Part shown: positions 24,601 through 37,099 of the stretch, one piece after another
Position numbering within the stretch: the first letter of the stretch is position 1
Layout of the letters: the number at the start of each line of letters is the position of its first letter
Assembly (NCBI GenBank): GCA_000934665.2
Contig: JYFJ02003525.1
Coordinates: 1 to 40,530, forward strand
Source: Catajapyx aquilonaris
Lineage: Eukaryota
Reading direction: 5' to 3'
DNA: 40,530 nucleotides
Position numbers and translations under genes: made by a program
The notes under the pieces: model-generated
The model's input: the letters and a program-made list of their open reading frames with translations, nothing else
What the model was told of the DNA's origin: nothing
Database searches by the model: none

Positions 24601-27056
24601 CATGGTGTTAATGACCTTGACTTGATGTGGTGATATCCTTATCATCTTTTATTTTTCAGTTAGCAAGGGAAATGGAGTAGATAATGGCGATTTATTTTTA
24701 TCTGAATTGTTAATATTGCTGAGTTCAATTCTTAGAAAAACAGTCATAATTTATATTGCAATTCTTATTTATGGTTTGTACCAGAGGTCTCAAACATGCC
24801 GGGCCACATAAGCAACTCATTTGAGGCCCCACGGTCCTATCTCGTGTTTTTGGCCATTATCAACATGTTTAGCAATTTGACGATGGACAATGAACAAATT
24901 TCTTTTCTTCATGGCTTTATATTTATGGCTCTGCCATGGGTTCAGTGGGGAAGTCTGGGAAAATATTTCAATATTTCAAAATGTCAAGTGTAGTACTTTG
25001 TCAGTTACATTCACCTAAGATTGTGACCTTGAATGCACAAATTTTTTTTTGCCTGCGGCTGGCTCTGGTTCTCTTCCCAGTTATTGTTTACTTAGTACTA
25101 GTTTCTGGTTCACATATTGCACCGCTGGTAAGTGCGGCCTGCACTAAAGTTCCAGCAAGCTTATGTGGCCCTCTATCTAATCGAGTTTGAGACCCCTGGT
25201 TTATACTGTATGTCTGTATGCGATGCTATATAGTGGTGCAATTGAAAAAAAAGTGAATTTCCTGTTTGCCGGAGAATGTACTCATCTAGTCTGACCTTTG
25301 CCCTTTGTGAATTAACTTCATAAAATTGTTTGATTTTTTTCTGCATGTTTCTGCATGATAATTGCTATATAATTCCAATTTAAGTTGATTTATTCTCATT
25401 TTAGAAATGTTTTTGATTATAGCTACAGTGTACTTTACAGGATAGAATGTTACTGGCTGGAGAAATTGGACAGCTGAATATTGTATGAGATAATGTATAC
25501 TGTATGAGGCTAGGAACTGTCCCGTTATGCCATATGTAATAATGACAATTAATACTGCAGCTATCCTGATCTACCGAGTGCTCCGAACTGAGCCCAAGAA
25601 GAAGCTGAAGCTAACACATGCACTTCTGCACATCCTATCCCTAATCCTAGTGGTTATTGGGCTCAAAGCAGTGTTTGACTCACACAACTTGAGTAAACCC
25701 CCATTCGACAACATGTACTCTCTGCACAGCTGGCTTGGTCTGTCCACAGTCATCCTTTTCTCAGGCCAGGTCAGCCCAAGCACTCTTGGAACAAGTCTTT
25801 AGTTATCGATGTTTTTCTTTTCCTTGTTGTGAAGCATGTTTGGTGTATCGTGTGATGAGGTACCAGCCGAAGCCAACACTGAAGCGTGTGCATGCAGCCT
25901 TGCAGATCGTTTTGTTTTGCGCTGCTGTCGTGGGGCTAAAGGCTGCGTTTGATTCTCATGACCTAGCCAAGCCGAAGCCTATTCCCAATCTCTACAGTCT
26001 TCATAGCTGGCTTGGGATTGTCACTGCCTTTCTGTTTGCATGGCAGGTAAGCAATGAAGACAATTTTAATGCATGGCAGAGATTACGATGTTACAAAGAA
26101 GGTAATTTTGTTGTGAAGATGTGTAGGTATGTTTAAGAATCTGTACCATTTGATGTCTTAAAGGATTTGTTGTCTTAAATATGGTGTCTTAAAATAAGTT
26201 AAACATGAATTAAGTTCAAGAGCTTGTAAGAATTGTGCATTTAATTGTTTCAAGTGTAACAGAACTTGAGTAGGATATGAAAGACTTCAGTTAAGACTAG
26301 TAGTCAGTTAAAGCCCATTACATGTTCCATCAATTCTGGAAAATTCAAGGTCTTTGCAGGGAATAAGACTTCCTCATTATGGGAAGTTTTATGTTCTCCT
26401 TGATAACAGGGTAATTGCATCAATATAGACCTACAGTTACACTAATTACTACTCCTAATAGACTTTTGTATGCGGCCTGAAAGGTTGTTAAAATTTTACC
26501 TTCATTGGGGTACTACATGAAAGTCAATGCATGACTGGTCTTATTAAAATTGTGATAACAGGACAGGTTTTGATTGAGTTGTTTAAGGTCTTATAAGAAG
26601 TGTAAAGTTAAATATAGTTTTTTTTTTCACTTTCAGTGGTTGGCTGGCTTGATATCCTTCCTGTTTCCTGGCCTGAGAGCACCCCTTCGCCGTGCTTACA
26701 TGCCGATCCATTACTATTTTGGACTGGCCATATTCCTTGGTGCAGTGGCTACTGCTCTGATGGGAATCCTGGAGAAGGCTCATTGGGCCATGTGAGTAAA
26801 GTGGAATTAAAGCTATAGATCTGAGTTCATATCCAGTAAGTCAAGAAGTATGTGACAAAATTTGTAATTTATGATAATTTATTTTTGCAGAAAAAATTAT
26901 GGGGAGCTACCTCCTGAAGCAGTGCTGGTCAACTGCACAGGCATGCTGCTGGTTACTTTTGCAGGCCTCGTAGTTTACCTTGTGGCCAATCCAAGGTTCA
27001 AGAGGCGCCCACTGCCAGAAGATGAGATGCTTCTCACCGACACTATTGGAGAATGA
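21624..27056 (+). CDS. Cytochrome b561 / Dcytb-family transmembrane ascorbate-dependent reductase, about 288-289 aa; exons 21624..21654, 23963..24268, [25561..25769 OR 25835..26046], 26637..26791, 26891..27056; shorter form possible from ATG 24064
   Basis: Motifs [43 protein letters not shown] (four heme His), [17 protein letters not shown]. All junctions are phase-consistent. Exon 1 (gccATG TCA GAG..TTG G|GTAAGT, phase 1) is the least certain part. Confidence 0.92.
22825..22982 (+). mobile_element. hAT (Charlie-like) MITE
   Basis: TIRs cagcagttcttaacc / ggttaagaactgctg; 8-bp TSD gtatagag/gtgtagag; a second family copy lies at 31293-31486. Confidence 0.9.
24782..25198. mobile_element. hAT MITE in cytochrome b561 intron 2
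   Basis: TIRs cagaggtctcaaac / gtttgagacccctg; 8-bp TSD gtttgtac/gtttatac. Confidence 0.85.
25561..25769 (+). CDS. Cytochrome b561 alternative exon 3a
   Basis: tgcag|CT ATC CTG...GGC CAG|GTCAGC; 209 nt, phase 1 in and phase 0 out; [29 protein letters not shown]. Confidence 0.9.
25835..26046 (+). CDS. Cytochrome b561 alternative exon 3b (paralog of 3a)
   Basis: Polypyrimidine tract..gaag|CA TGT TTG...TGG CAG|GTAAGC; 212 nt, phase 1 in and phase 0 out; [29 protein letters not shown]. Confidence 0.88.
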
Positions 27057-29305
27057 AGAGGGAGATTTTGTGGTGCTTCATGTCATTATATTGAGTCCCA
27101 AAAGTGAAAAATGCTTGCTGGATGTTGTGTGATATGTGAACATGTGTTCAAAATGTTAGCGCAAAAGAATTTCTGGTAAATTGGGTGCTCCTGTGTGCCT
27201 ATCTTATGAAGTCAATCAGTCAATCCTGGTGCATAATAACTTGAAGAATTATTATTAGTGTCTTTACAAGTAGCTGTGTCCACTTTGGTCTCTCTGTAAA
27301 GACTGACTATTACTAGTTTCTGAAAACAATGAAGCTGTATTCCATAATTGCTAGACGAATTCAGAATGGAACATATCGGGTAGTAATTTCTAAATGGTTA
27401 ATTACTGTTTTGTTTCCTAGTGAACATTTATCCAGCTTTTGCACTGTGTTGCAGCGCTCTACTACTACTCTACTGAATAATTACAGCCACTGTTTCTACA
27501 ACTTTGTGCACATGCTTTTTCTAAGCCTGAAGTAAGACTGTATATTCACAGCTCTGCACTCTTTGTGCTGCATGTGAATGTTTTGTGGAATCTATTTACC
27601 ATTTCAGTGTATTTATGGCAGGAAGGTTTTCAAGGTGTTTCAAAATTTACATACCATCTGCATAAAATGCAACTAGCAGTTCATCTCACATACGTCTGCT
27701 TTCATGTACTTTTGGAATAACATTGTTGCACATTTGTACTGTTCTATATTCCATGCACTTCCGCCATATATAGATAGCAGGCTGATTTTGAACACTGTTT
27801 CTTGTTGTACATGTAAAGCCAACAGGACGAATATGCACTTGTTATTTTACTACTTTCCTTGATATGCATTCTTGTGTGATAAATGGGCAGGGAATGTTAG
27901 TAGTGGGAGTATGCTGCTGAAGTTGCCACTGATATCAGTTGCACAGGTTAATATACATATAAAAGACTGCATATTCCTTGGTACACTTCTGAATCTATCA
28001 GTACGAATGTGGATGTGTGACTGAAGATAATCAGCCATATTTTTCCTGATACCAGTGCAAGACTTCAGCAGTGTGTCAATCTGTATAATGGTTCTTTACA
28101 TTTGGTCAAAAATTATATGCTAATAAGCAGTTGATCTTCATTGGTACAAAATCAGGTTTTATTGCCTTGTAATAGTCCCATTTCGTAAAAGAAAGTAGGG
28201 CGGATCAAGGTTTAGAAACAGATGCAGGAATGCTACATTTATATCTAGTTACATATTATTTGGTATACACTATTTTCATATTCATTCTAGTCATGACAAA
28301 CCATCAATTTCTGCCTTACAAAATATTTTGTGTGCCAAATATTTAAATACACTCTATGGAGAAAAAAAATGTAGGATATATGCATTTTTATTTTTGGGAT
28401 TCTAGGCTAAAATATTGCAAATGTACAATCCTATATATTATGTGGTGGCAGAATGATGGTTAATGGTATTGCAGGCAACGCAGCTTTCTGAAATGGTGGA
28501 TCAATTATATCTTAACAATATAGTGAAACATTAGGATCAGGAATCTAAGGAGTAATATGTGCATCATTAGTGTTAAAAATTATTGTCCAGTTTTTGTTCA
28601 GAAAAGATTGTGAATCTATACACACACATTATACCCTTTGTATTTTTGTTTTCATTTTGGAAATAAATATGTACAATTATTGAACACAACAGTGTGAGTT
28701 TATGTCGTTATTAAAATGTCACATTTTTTTCTTATAAATTTAAGAAATTATAAGAACGTGGTTCCATCCAAATATAATCGAACAGCCCGCTTTGCCGGAC
28801 CCGTGACGTCACATCTCCCCAGTTCCATCCATTCGGACACCCCCCGAATTGAAGAACACTTGAGAATATTTTTTCGTCTCATTGTCAGCCAGCCCGGCTC
28901 CAAACTTGAGTACATTCCAACACACAGTAAGTACACTGTACGCACACTTGTTTCACGTACAGTTTGTATCAGTGAGTAAGAGAAAGATAAGGAAGAGGAG
29001 AGAGGGTTATTAGCTCAATAACTGATTATGTGGCAAGCAGATAATTGGCCTTGTGATCAGCCGTTGGGAGCATGGATTAGTTGGGAGGAATATATATAAA
29101 AAGAGTAGAGGTCGGTGCCCAGTTGAACTGTGGCATTAAATAAGCCGGGGTAATCAGGCCAAGTGCCTTCCAGCTAGGCATCTGTACAGGATCAATATTT
29201 GGGCTTCACTACTATTTTAATTGCATGTTGGTATGTAATGCGACAACAAATTTGGAGTGTACTTGGATGTACAGTTGGCTTGACATGCATCTGTTTCTTG
29301 CAGAT

Positions 29306-30478
29306 ATGGGGGACGTGGACATACCGCTTTGCGCTGGAGAGCTGACGGAACCGTGGCTTCTGCAAGCCCTGAGGTCGTCCGGAATGTCTCAGCTGAAGTC
29401 GCTCAGGATCCAGGATGTGCAGGATAATTACGGGAACAGTATGGGTTTTCTTAGTGCCATGGTCAAACTGAGGGCGGAGTTAAAGGCAGGAGAAGACACC
29501 GTTGTCGAGGATTTCGTTGTGAAGCTGCTGCCACCTGACCCGATGGCAAGAGAGTTGGTCCTGAAGGGCGGAGTGGACATGGCTGAGATACAGGCTTACA
29601 AGACTTTACTCAAAGATGTGATTGAAATCGAAGCCAAGTTTGGCGGTTCCTACTTGAAAGAGTCATTGCCTCGGTTAGTGTATGGTGAGTATTGTCGCAA
29701 ACCAAAGCCCAAGTCAATCCTTATGCTGGAGGACTTGAAGGTTGCTGGGTATGACTGCATGGAATTTATGCGTGGGCTTGACTTAGACCATATGGTAAGC
29801 GCTGTGCAATTTCTAAGCAATTATCATGCCGCCACATTTGCCTTGGAAAAGCATCGAGAATGGGACATGGCTAATGTGTATCCATTTGTATTTGATTCAA
29901 GTACAGCAGAGGAATTTCTAACTGGATATGTTAATATTGGCACTGATTTGGCGATTGATATATGTGGGCGATTCCCAGACTCTGCTGGATTGGGGGATGT
30001 CATTCGCAGGGCATGTAAGGAAGGACTGTCTCGCATTTCTCATGTAATGAACAAAAAGGAACGGAACTACCCTTTTACAATAATTCACAGCGACTATTGG
30101 AACAACAACTTGATGTTTAAGAGGACATCAGATAACCTACTGATCAAAGTGGTAGACTGGCAAATTTTGTCATATGCACCCACTTTTGTGCCTTTTGCTG
30201 TGCTTTTTCTGAGCAGCGCAAGCACCGAATGTCGTGAGAAACATCTTGATGAGATAGTAGATGCATACTGGTCAGCTCTTGTTTCCAAATGTAAGACTTT
30301 CCAACTGCCTGTTCCTGGAACTTTACAGCAATTTAAAGATGATTTAGAAAATGTTGGATGGATGCAGGCATTTATATGGTGCATTGCCTCAACTGTTGAT
30401 TTGTTTTCTGCTAAGGAGGAACACTACAAAAGGTTGAATGAGATCATTGTTTGGTTGCATAAAAGGAGAGTTATTTAA
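29306..30478 (+). CDS. Ecdysteroid kinase-like (EcKL/CHK-domain) small-molecule kinase, 390 aa, single coding exon
   Basis: GFLSAMVKL, FVVKLLP, EIQAY, ILMLEDLKVAGY, Brenner-type IIHSDYWNNNLMF, VVDWQI. The ATG at 29306 follows an acceptor (tttcttgcag|atATG); a probable non-coding exon ends at a GTAAGT donor at 28927, with a CRE TGACGTCA at 28804. Confidence 0.9.
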   Translation: MGDVDIPLCAGELTEPWLLQALRSSGMSQLKSLRIQDVQDNYGNSMGFLSAMVKLRAELKAGEDTVVEDFVVKLLPPDPMARELVLKGGVDMAEIQAYKTLLKDVIEIEAKFGGSYLKESLPRLVYGEYCRKPKPKSILMLEDLKVAGYDCMEFMRGLDLDHMVSAVQFLSNYHAATFALEKHREWDMANVYPFVFDSSTAEEFLTGYVNIGTDLAIDICGRFPDSAGLGDVIRRACKEGLSRISHVMNKKERNYPFTIIHSDYWNNNLMFKRTSDNLLIKVVDWQILSYAPTFVPFAVLFLSSASTECREKHLDEIVDAYWSALVSKCKTFQLPVPGTLQQFKDDLENVGWMQAFIWCIASTVDLFSAKEEHYKRLNEIIVWLHKRRVI

Positions 30479-30727
30479 GGATTTGTAAGAGGTAGGGCAT
30501 TGTGACTGAATTTAATGAAAATATTGACAAATGGGTTTTTGTATAAGTGGGCAGCTTTAATTACTTGTGGTATTATTTCAAGGGCGTGAAGCATTTTATT
30601 TCTGGTATTTCTACATTTGTAACTGCTGAGGCCATGGTGTAGTGTAATAAGCAATTTTTCACACCTATGAGGAATTTAACCCAACGATTATCATATCAAT
30701 GGCTCTTCAAGTGGCCGACTAGGTATT

Positions 30728-30984
30728 CATGGTGTTCCATAATTCATCTGACCAACTTCTAGGGTGATATCCTGGGCACCAGTGACTCACGTGATTTAGA
30801 GATGATGTTTGGTCTGCACAGCCGTGATACATTTTATGATAAATGACGTATTATCTTGGTTACAAGGCTGGCCAAACAACACTTCTACATAAAGTCATCC
30901 ACACAGACAGTATTTTCTGTGGCGATCTACCGGTCCCCAAGAGTTCACTCTAGAAGTTTGTCAGACTAATTATGGAACACCCTG
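30728..30984. mobile_element. Tc1/mariner-like MITE
   Basis: TIRs catggtgttccataattcatctgaccaacttctagggtga / tcactctagaagtttgtcagactaattatggaacaccctg. Confidence 0.75.
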
Positions 30985-31292
30985 TGTACAACCCTAGACA
31001 CACGTCTTTTCTAATCTGATTTGTTATTGGCCAGTTGGGAATGGGTAATTTGATCATATGCTTTATTAAGGGGGGACACAATGCTGATGCCCTTGGTGAA
31101 TGTGAGAATGTTACATTCCTACACTGCATTTTACAGGAATTTATGGTGCATATCCTGGTCTAGTATAGTCTCCTATGGAACAATTTTATATCCATTTTTC
31201 TACTTTTAGAAAATGGATTTATGGTAAGAGTATTGTGATTCATCACATGACCACTTTTGCAAACGTTGCAATAATTATGTATACCTTTAGCA

Positions 31293-31486
31293 CATTGGTT
31301 CTTAACCTTTTCGGGCCTCCGCACCCCTTTGAAGACAGTTGGTCCTTGTCGCACCCCCTATACCAGTGGTGATTGATTAAGTTCATATAGTTAGACTAAG
31401 TCCAGAGGTGCACCTACTAGCTCGCACCCCCAGGGGAGCCACCTCGCACCTCTGGGGGTGCGGGCACCCCAGGTTAAGAACCTCTG
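31293..31486 (-). mobile_element. hAT MITE, same family as 22825-22982, in opposite orientation
   Basis: The internal sequence is the near reverse complement of the 22825 copy; TIRs cattggttcttaacc / ggttaagaacctctg; degenerate TSD ctttagca/ttgtagca. Confidence 0.85.
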
Positions 31487-34400
31487 TTGTAGCACATGTG
31501 ATTTTAAATGAGTTGTGGGGAAATGCAATAAAACTCATTCCAAATATTGAAAACTTGATGATGTATCTCTTACCTATGTTTCAAAAAAGAGAGGTACTTG
31601 TGAAAGTTGTAATGTAATAATTTCTGCTTGTGAATATGTAAGTTTTGTGTGTGCACATAATCAAAAATACGTGCCTGTCTGACGTCATGAGACAGATACT
31701 GTCATAAATACTAATCCAATAATAATTTATGCATGGCACTCCTATGAGAAACCAGCAGAGTAACAGAAGTCATGAAATGCAGACAGTGTCTTATAATAAT
31801 ATTATGTTGCAACCTTCATTTGTACTTTTGTGCATATCAATATTATGCATAACATGTGCAGGTCATCTTTTGGAAGAAGGCACATATATGCTTATATCAG
31901 ACTTTGTACTTTCATACTGGGTTGTGTATTACATGTGAATCGTTTGTACAGCATAACTACTGATGTCTGCTGAAATAAATGTAGCGTGAACTTCAGTAGT
32001 TTTATTATAAAATTATTTTAGATGCTCGTCCTGACTTTATCCTGCAATATATGCAATGTGTGTGTCAGGTGCGTAAGAGCTACGAAAGACGACTGATTGA
32101 TACAATGGAGGTTCTTGGTAATGCAGTTACTGCAGTTACAGTACTTTGCCAAATGTAGCTTTCAGCTGCATTTCTGCCATTTTACAGGTGGCGTGCAGTC
32201 GTGCAGATGCATTATCTGATTAAAAGTTAAGGAGATCCTAGGTGTCTCTTGAGGTACTCAACTGTTGTGGCTGGCATTACACACTACATAGCAGAATTGC
32301 TTTGTTTCGCCGAGAAGTTTTGCAGCGTAAGACCAGGAAGAAAGTTCTGTACAGACAAGATTGAACTGTATCCTGAGTATAAGAAATCACTTATTACAAT
32401 CAATTACGGTACTGAACGATATAGCTCATAGAGTGAAGGCCAAATTGATATAACTCGAATAATTAATAAATGAAATATTGATTATTATCGATTATTTTGT
32501 GATAGCTTTATGACCTGAATTCATTATTTTGTACATGTTCCAATATAATTGATATGACCGTTGACCTCAAAACCACTCTGTGCACCTTCCTATCATACGA
32601 GCCATTTCCTAATATCTGATTGATCCGACTGATACAGCCCAGATTTATTGCACCAAATTCGTGACGTATTTCTCAACGGGATTAAAGCCATTGCCCAGGA
32701 GACAGGTAGATGTATTGATCAGTCGACCCCTACCTGAGCAGCCACATGTATTATTATTTTTTTATATCTCCCCACCACCATCACCCTATGTCGACATCCC
32801 AAAAATAACAATAAAAAAATATCCGGGGACAAAAGGACCCTGTAAGGTGATGGTGGATAGGGCTTTCAGTGGTAATGGTTTCGAGCGAGAGGTAGAGGTT
32901 GGGGGGGACCTGTCGGAGGGAGGGAGTAGGCATGGTTACACCGAGCAGGCGTATTGAATCGACGTAGACTACAGCAGGGAAATGGGCCAGACCGACAGTC
33001 GGTGGCCAAACCTAGGTTAGGCCACGAGGGGGCTCGAACATGCAAGTCATTTGAGTGGTCCATATTATTTTTTTTATCGGGGGAGAAGGCAACTATGGGA
33101 CACTGCTGACCTGGAGGGCACAACCCGTTCGGGGGTCAGGGGTCAAATGAGGCGGGAGGAGGTCAAGATGACACCGGAGTGGATCGCCTGCGTGGACAAA
33201 AAGTAAGTGCACCCGGCTTACAACTTGTTGCACACATCAGTCATTTTGCGGGGAGCGATAATCTGATGATGACAAATCGCGTTTCATTATTTTCTGGCCT
33301 CACAATCATTTCCATTCCGGACTGCTAAATGCCTGTGGCGTACCGACCATATCCCTAGGATCAATTGTAAAATCAGATGAATTTATTGCACCAGTTGAAG
33401 GGGGGATAGGGAAAACAATGTGTGGAGTCAGGCTGACAGGGTTTGTTTTAAATAAAAGCGCGTTACGGGGGCCTCCGGGTGAAATGTGTTGCAAACAGAG
33501 CAATTTTGTAGGTACCGGTATGGAAAAAAAAAAGTTTGCAATGCTCTAAAAAATTGATGGTGTGTATACCCATGTGCTCTGTACTTTTTCTGCTTGGCTG
33601 GGCTCCAAGCTGTGAAGTGCAACCCAATGTTATATTTACATGACATTGTTACTTGGATTAAACAGCGGCTTTTTTTGAATGATGCATTAGGTGTAAATTA
33701 TCAGTTTCCTATAGTTAAATTATAGGCGATGAATATATAGGATAGTGGCTATTCAGACCACAGTGAGTGAGGTTGGCTGAATCATCATCCGGCAGGTAAT
33801 CTTCATCCCTTCAACTCCATTTCTTTTAACAATAACTTCCAATCCCTTCTTTTCTTATGCCGCGGTTGTACTTATCGGATTTTTAGCTCAGACTTAGGGT
33901 CGCGTATAGACCCCTAAGGCTCGGGATAGATGGAAAAGTTCATTTAGTTTTTTTCAAAGGATCTAAAACAGGGGGCCGTTTGAATAGCTCGTCGTGTCGT
34001 CCCGTGATTAAAGTCCCGAATTGCCATAGCAACATCTATCACTCTGTACTACAGCCATGTTACAAGATATTTAGCGACATGATGCAACAGGTGTAACTCC
34101 TTTAGTACATTGCTGCTGAAACCTTGCTGTAATTGAACTAGAGAGCCTAACGTCAATGCATCGTTGGAAATCGCTGGTATACCGTACATGGTGAGTCATA
34201 ACTTCAGGCTCAATGCAAGTCTGACTTCAGACTCTTTCTACATACGCATACACTGCAGGGAAAATTGTACCGCAGTATACATTAAGGTGGAAATGAAGCG
34301 ACTTGCTAATCAAATGAGAGTCTAGAATTGGAATGTTAACAAGAAGGGCTAAAATCAGGGAAACATACGCAACCGATGCAGCAGTAAATGCTGTTCAATC

Positions 34401-36859
34401 CTATGCATTCCATTCGAATCTGCGTTTTAAACTCGATTTAATATGGGCGAATGGGCCTATTACCGGCTGCAAGTTCTTGTGCGCAGGCGCCATTTTCCCG
34501 ACTGCCAACTTAAACATGGTATTTGGAGGTGTGCTTAATATTTTTTATTTTTGATGGAAATCGATTTAATCCGGTCGTAATTACGAGGTCCCAATTTGTC
34601 ATGGCATTTTTAAAAGTCTAGTTCCGAAAGGGGAGCCTGTAGCTCTTCATTTGTGTCGGATTTGGAACACGTTCAGTTGGTACGCGTGTGGCAGATAGAA
34701 GCGGCAACGCAGCAAAGGTCCGGGCCGATTATCGCGTAGCAATGTGACGTCATTGCCGGGTGGATTCGAATGATTCGATTTTTATATTATAATTATAACT
34801 ATATAAACTAATATAACGGTTCTGACGTCTGACAAACACCCCCGCCAAACGAAAATCCTGTGTGAGCCATTGTGAAAACCATCATACTAACTTGCACTCA
34901 TATTTCGCGGTCGTATGCAACCGTATCTCGCTACCGTAAACAACGCTATGTTGCCACGTCCTCACTCGAGTGGAGCAATGTGACGTCACTGGATCATTTT
35001 CGGATCGTTTTTCAGCAATACAAATTGAAAGAGCACGGTGAGGTAGGTTTTTCTTTTTGCGGTTACGATCAGTATATAATTCCCGACATATTCCACATTA
35101 AATTTTAAAATTCTCATTTGCTTCTCATTTTTTTGTGGACTATTGAAAATTCTGCCATAAGGGCCCATGTTAAATCGCGAACTTCTGAGCCCTCTAGTTC
35201 GCTAATTTGCACGGTGACGTGTATTTTTCTTTGCACCATTGATAAGAGGACACAAAACTGCGTAACATATGTTTTTTTCATAAAATTCTCATTGAGTGAC
35301 TCTAGCTTCATTTCCACCTTAAATACTGTACCGTACAGTGCTAAGTCTCTATGAACAGGACAGGTGCGCTGTACATGAGACAGAAAAAAAAATCCCCTGA
35401 TAAGCCTTCCTGAGAGAGTTGTAAGTTGACGTTGGAACAAATGTTTCCAGGCTTTCCTCGCTTCATTTCTCATGTGAAGCTCTGTGCAAGGTCGGTTTAA
35501 TACTCGGGTTACGCATATAGGCCTGTACTATACCACCATGTGCAGAGAAGGTCTATAAAGCGGAAAGCCAGCAGTGTAAATTTATAATGCGACCAAGCTT
35601 GTCTGGTTCTGTCGCCTGGGCACAAAGAGAATTCTAAACGCCTGGAATTAACACTACAGTTCTTAATTGCCATTTGCATATCGCATTGCAACAGGGGTAG
35701 CGGAAAAAAAGTCCGATTAACTTTTTTATATTAAAGGTTACGTATATACTCCGGGGGCATTCGAGATAGGTTTGAAACGTTGCGGGGAATTTCGTTCTAA
35801 TTTTCATTTGGCCTACTGGACAAACAGTTAGGGCTTAAAATATTTATTATGCAAAGTGCATACATAGAGTCTGAAACGCGATTAGTTTACAATGCATTAG
35901 TAATGGATGACTGGCTGTGGTTACTGCGTAGTTGCCACTCATGAATTTAAAAATAAGTGCGTAGTCCCTCAGACGACTATTACTATGGCGTACGCACCTT
36001 CTCCAGTATAAAGAAGTGTTACTTCTGTAGAGTATAGGATTACTACAAACACTGGTAACAATATCTGACTATTTCAGACTAATTATGTTGAATAGTATTC
36101 CAACAGTCGCAGGTTGTATAATTATTCAGCGATGGGAAAATGGGGGGAAAGTTGTTATTTCAAAATTTAAGCTGGAAATATACATTTTGCAAATTTAATC
36201 ATGGTAATTATTGATTTTTTTATAGCAGTGAATGTAACCTACATTTGAAGTGTAATGCTGGAGGATATGCAGCTGATGGTCTGTGTTCACGAAGCATTGT
36301 GGAGAAGTTGGCGCATGTGAATGCCTTTTGAAATACAGAAACAATATGGCATACAAGCAACTAATTTTACTGCATGCAGTTTTTCCACCTTTTTAAACAG
36401 TATAGAAATAACAAATTCTCACCATCACAATTTTGACTGGAGACCTCCATTTCTCTTTAATCTGCTGTCTACAGCACCTCTCTGTGCCTATAATTGTTTA
36501 AAACCAATTATAGCTCATTCGTGTCAGGCTAAACAGTATTGTTATTGTTAATAACAACCTGACAACTGAACTAAACTTTTTAGCGTATTTTACAGTAAAT
36601 TTCCCTCCAGACATTTGAAGCCGCTGTCAACAGCCCCATTACCTTCCTTCAATTGCTATCGTGAGGCTTACAGTAACATTTTACGTACCGGTACACTATT
36701 GGCAGTTTTGCCACCGCATTATAGGCTTTATAGCTGTTGTTGAACTGGGAGCTTTGGTTCGTGTAGGCCTAGTACTTTTTTTCAATACGGCAATTTACAT
36801 GAACTCTGTTTTTTTCATCAATAATTAGGCCTACTGAATAATCGGTATAATGTCTATAG

Positions 36860-37099
36860 CAGTACGTCCCAATTTCTTTCGTTGGCGACCCCAAACAATC
36901 GTCTTGTAAAATTTGCTATCCCCTATAGTATGTGCACATGTCGTTCCGCCAACAAGAAAAGACGGGTAAACGCTGAAATGACCTTACCTTATGGTCATGA
37001 TTTTCAAGAAAGATAGCATCATTTTGAGAAAATAATTTGTTACCCTCCTTCGCGAACCCAAATATTATTTTCGCGACCCACAATTTGGGAAGCACTGCG
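36860..37099. mobile_element. hAT-like MITE
   Basis: Ends cagtacgtcccaa / ttgggaagcactg; 8-bp direct repeat gtctatag on both flanks; subterminal gcgaccc repeats. Confidence 0.7.

Noticed and set aside
27057..28700. Iron-responsive element in the b561 3' UTR
   Set aside because: The CAGTGT loops examined (about 28068 and 28690) lack the required 5-bp upper stem.
29225..29305. N-terminal 27 aa of the 417-aa EcKL ORF
   Set aside because: It lies upstream of a strong acceptor (tttcttgcag at 29303) and is most likely intronic.
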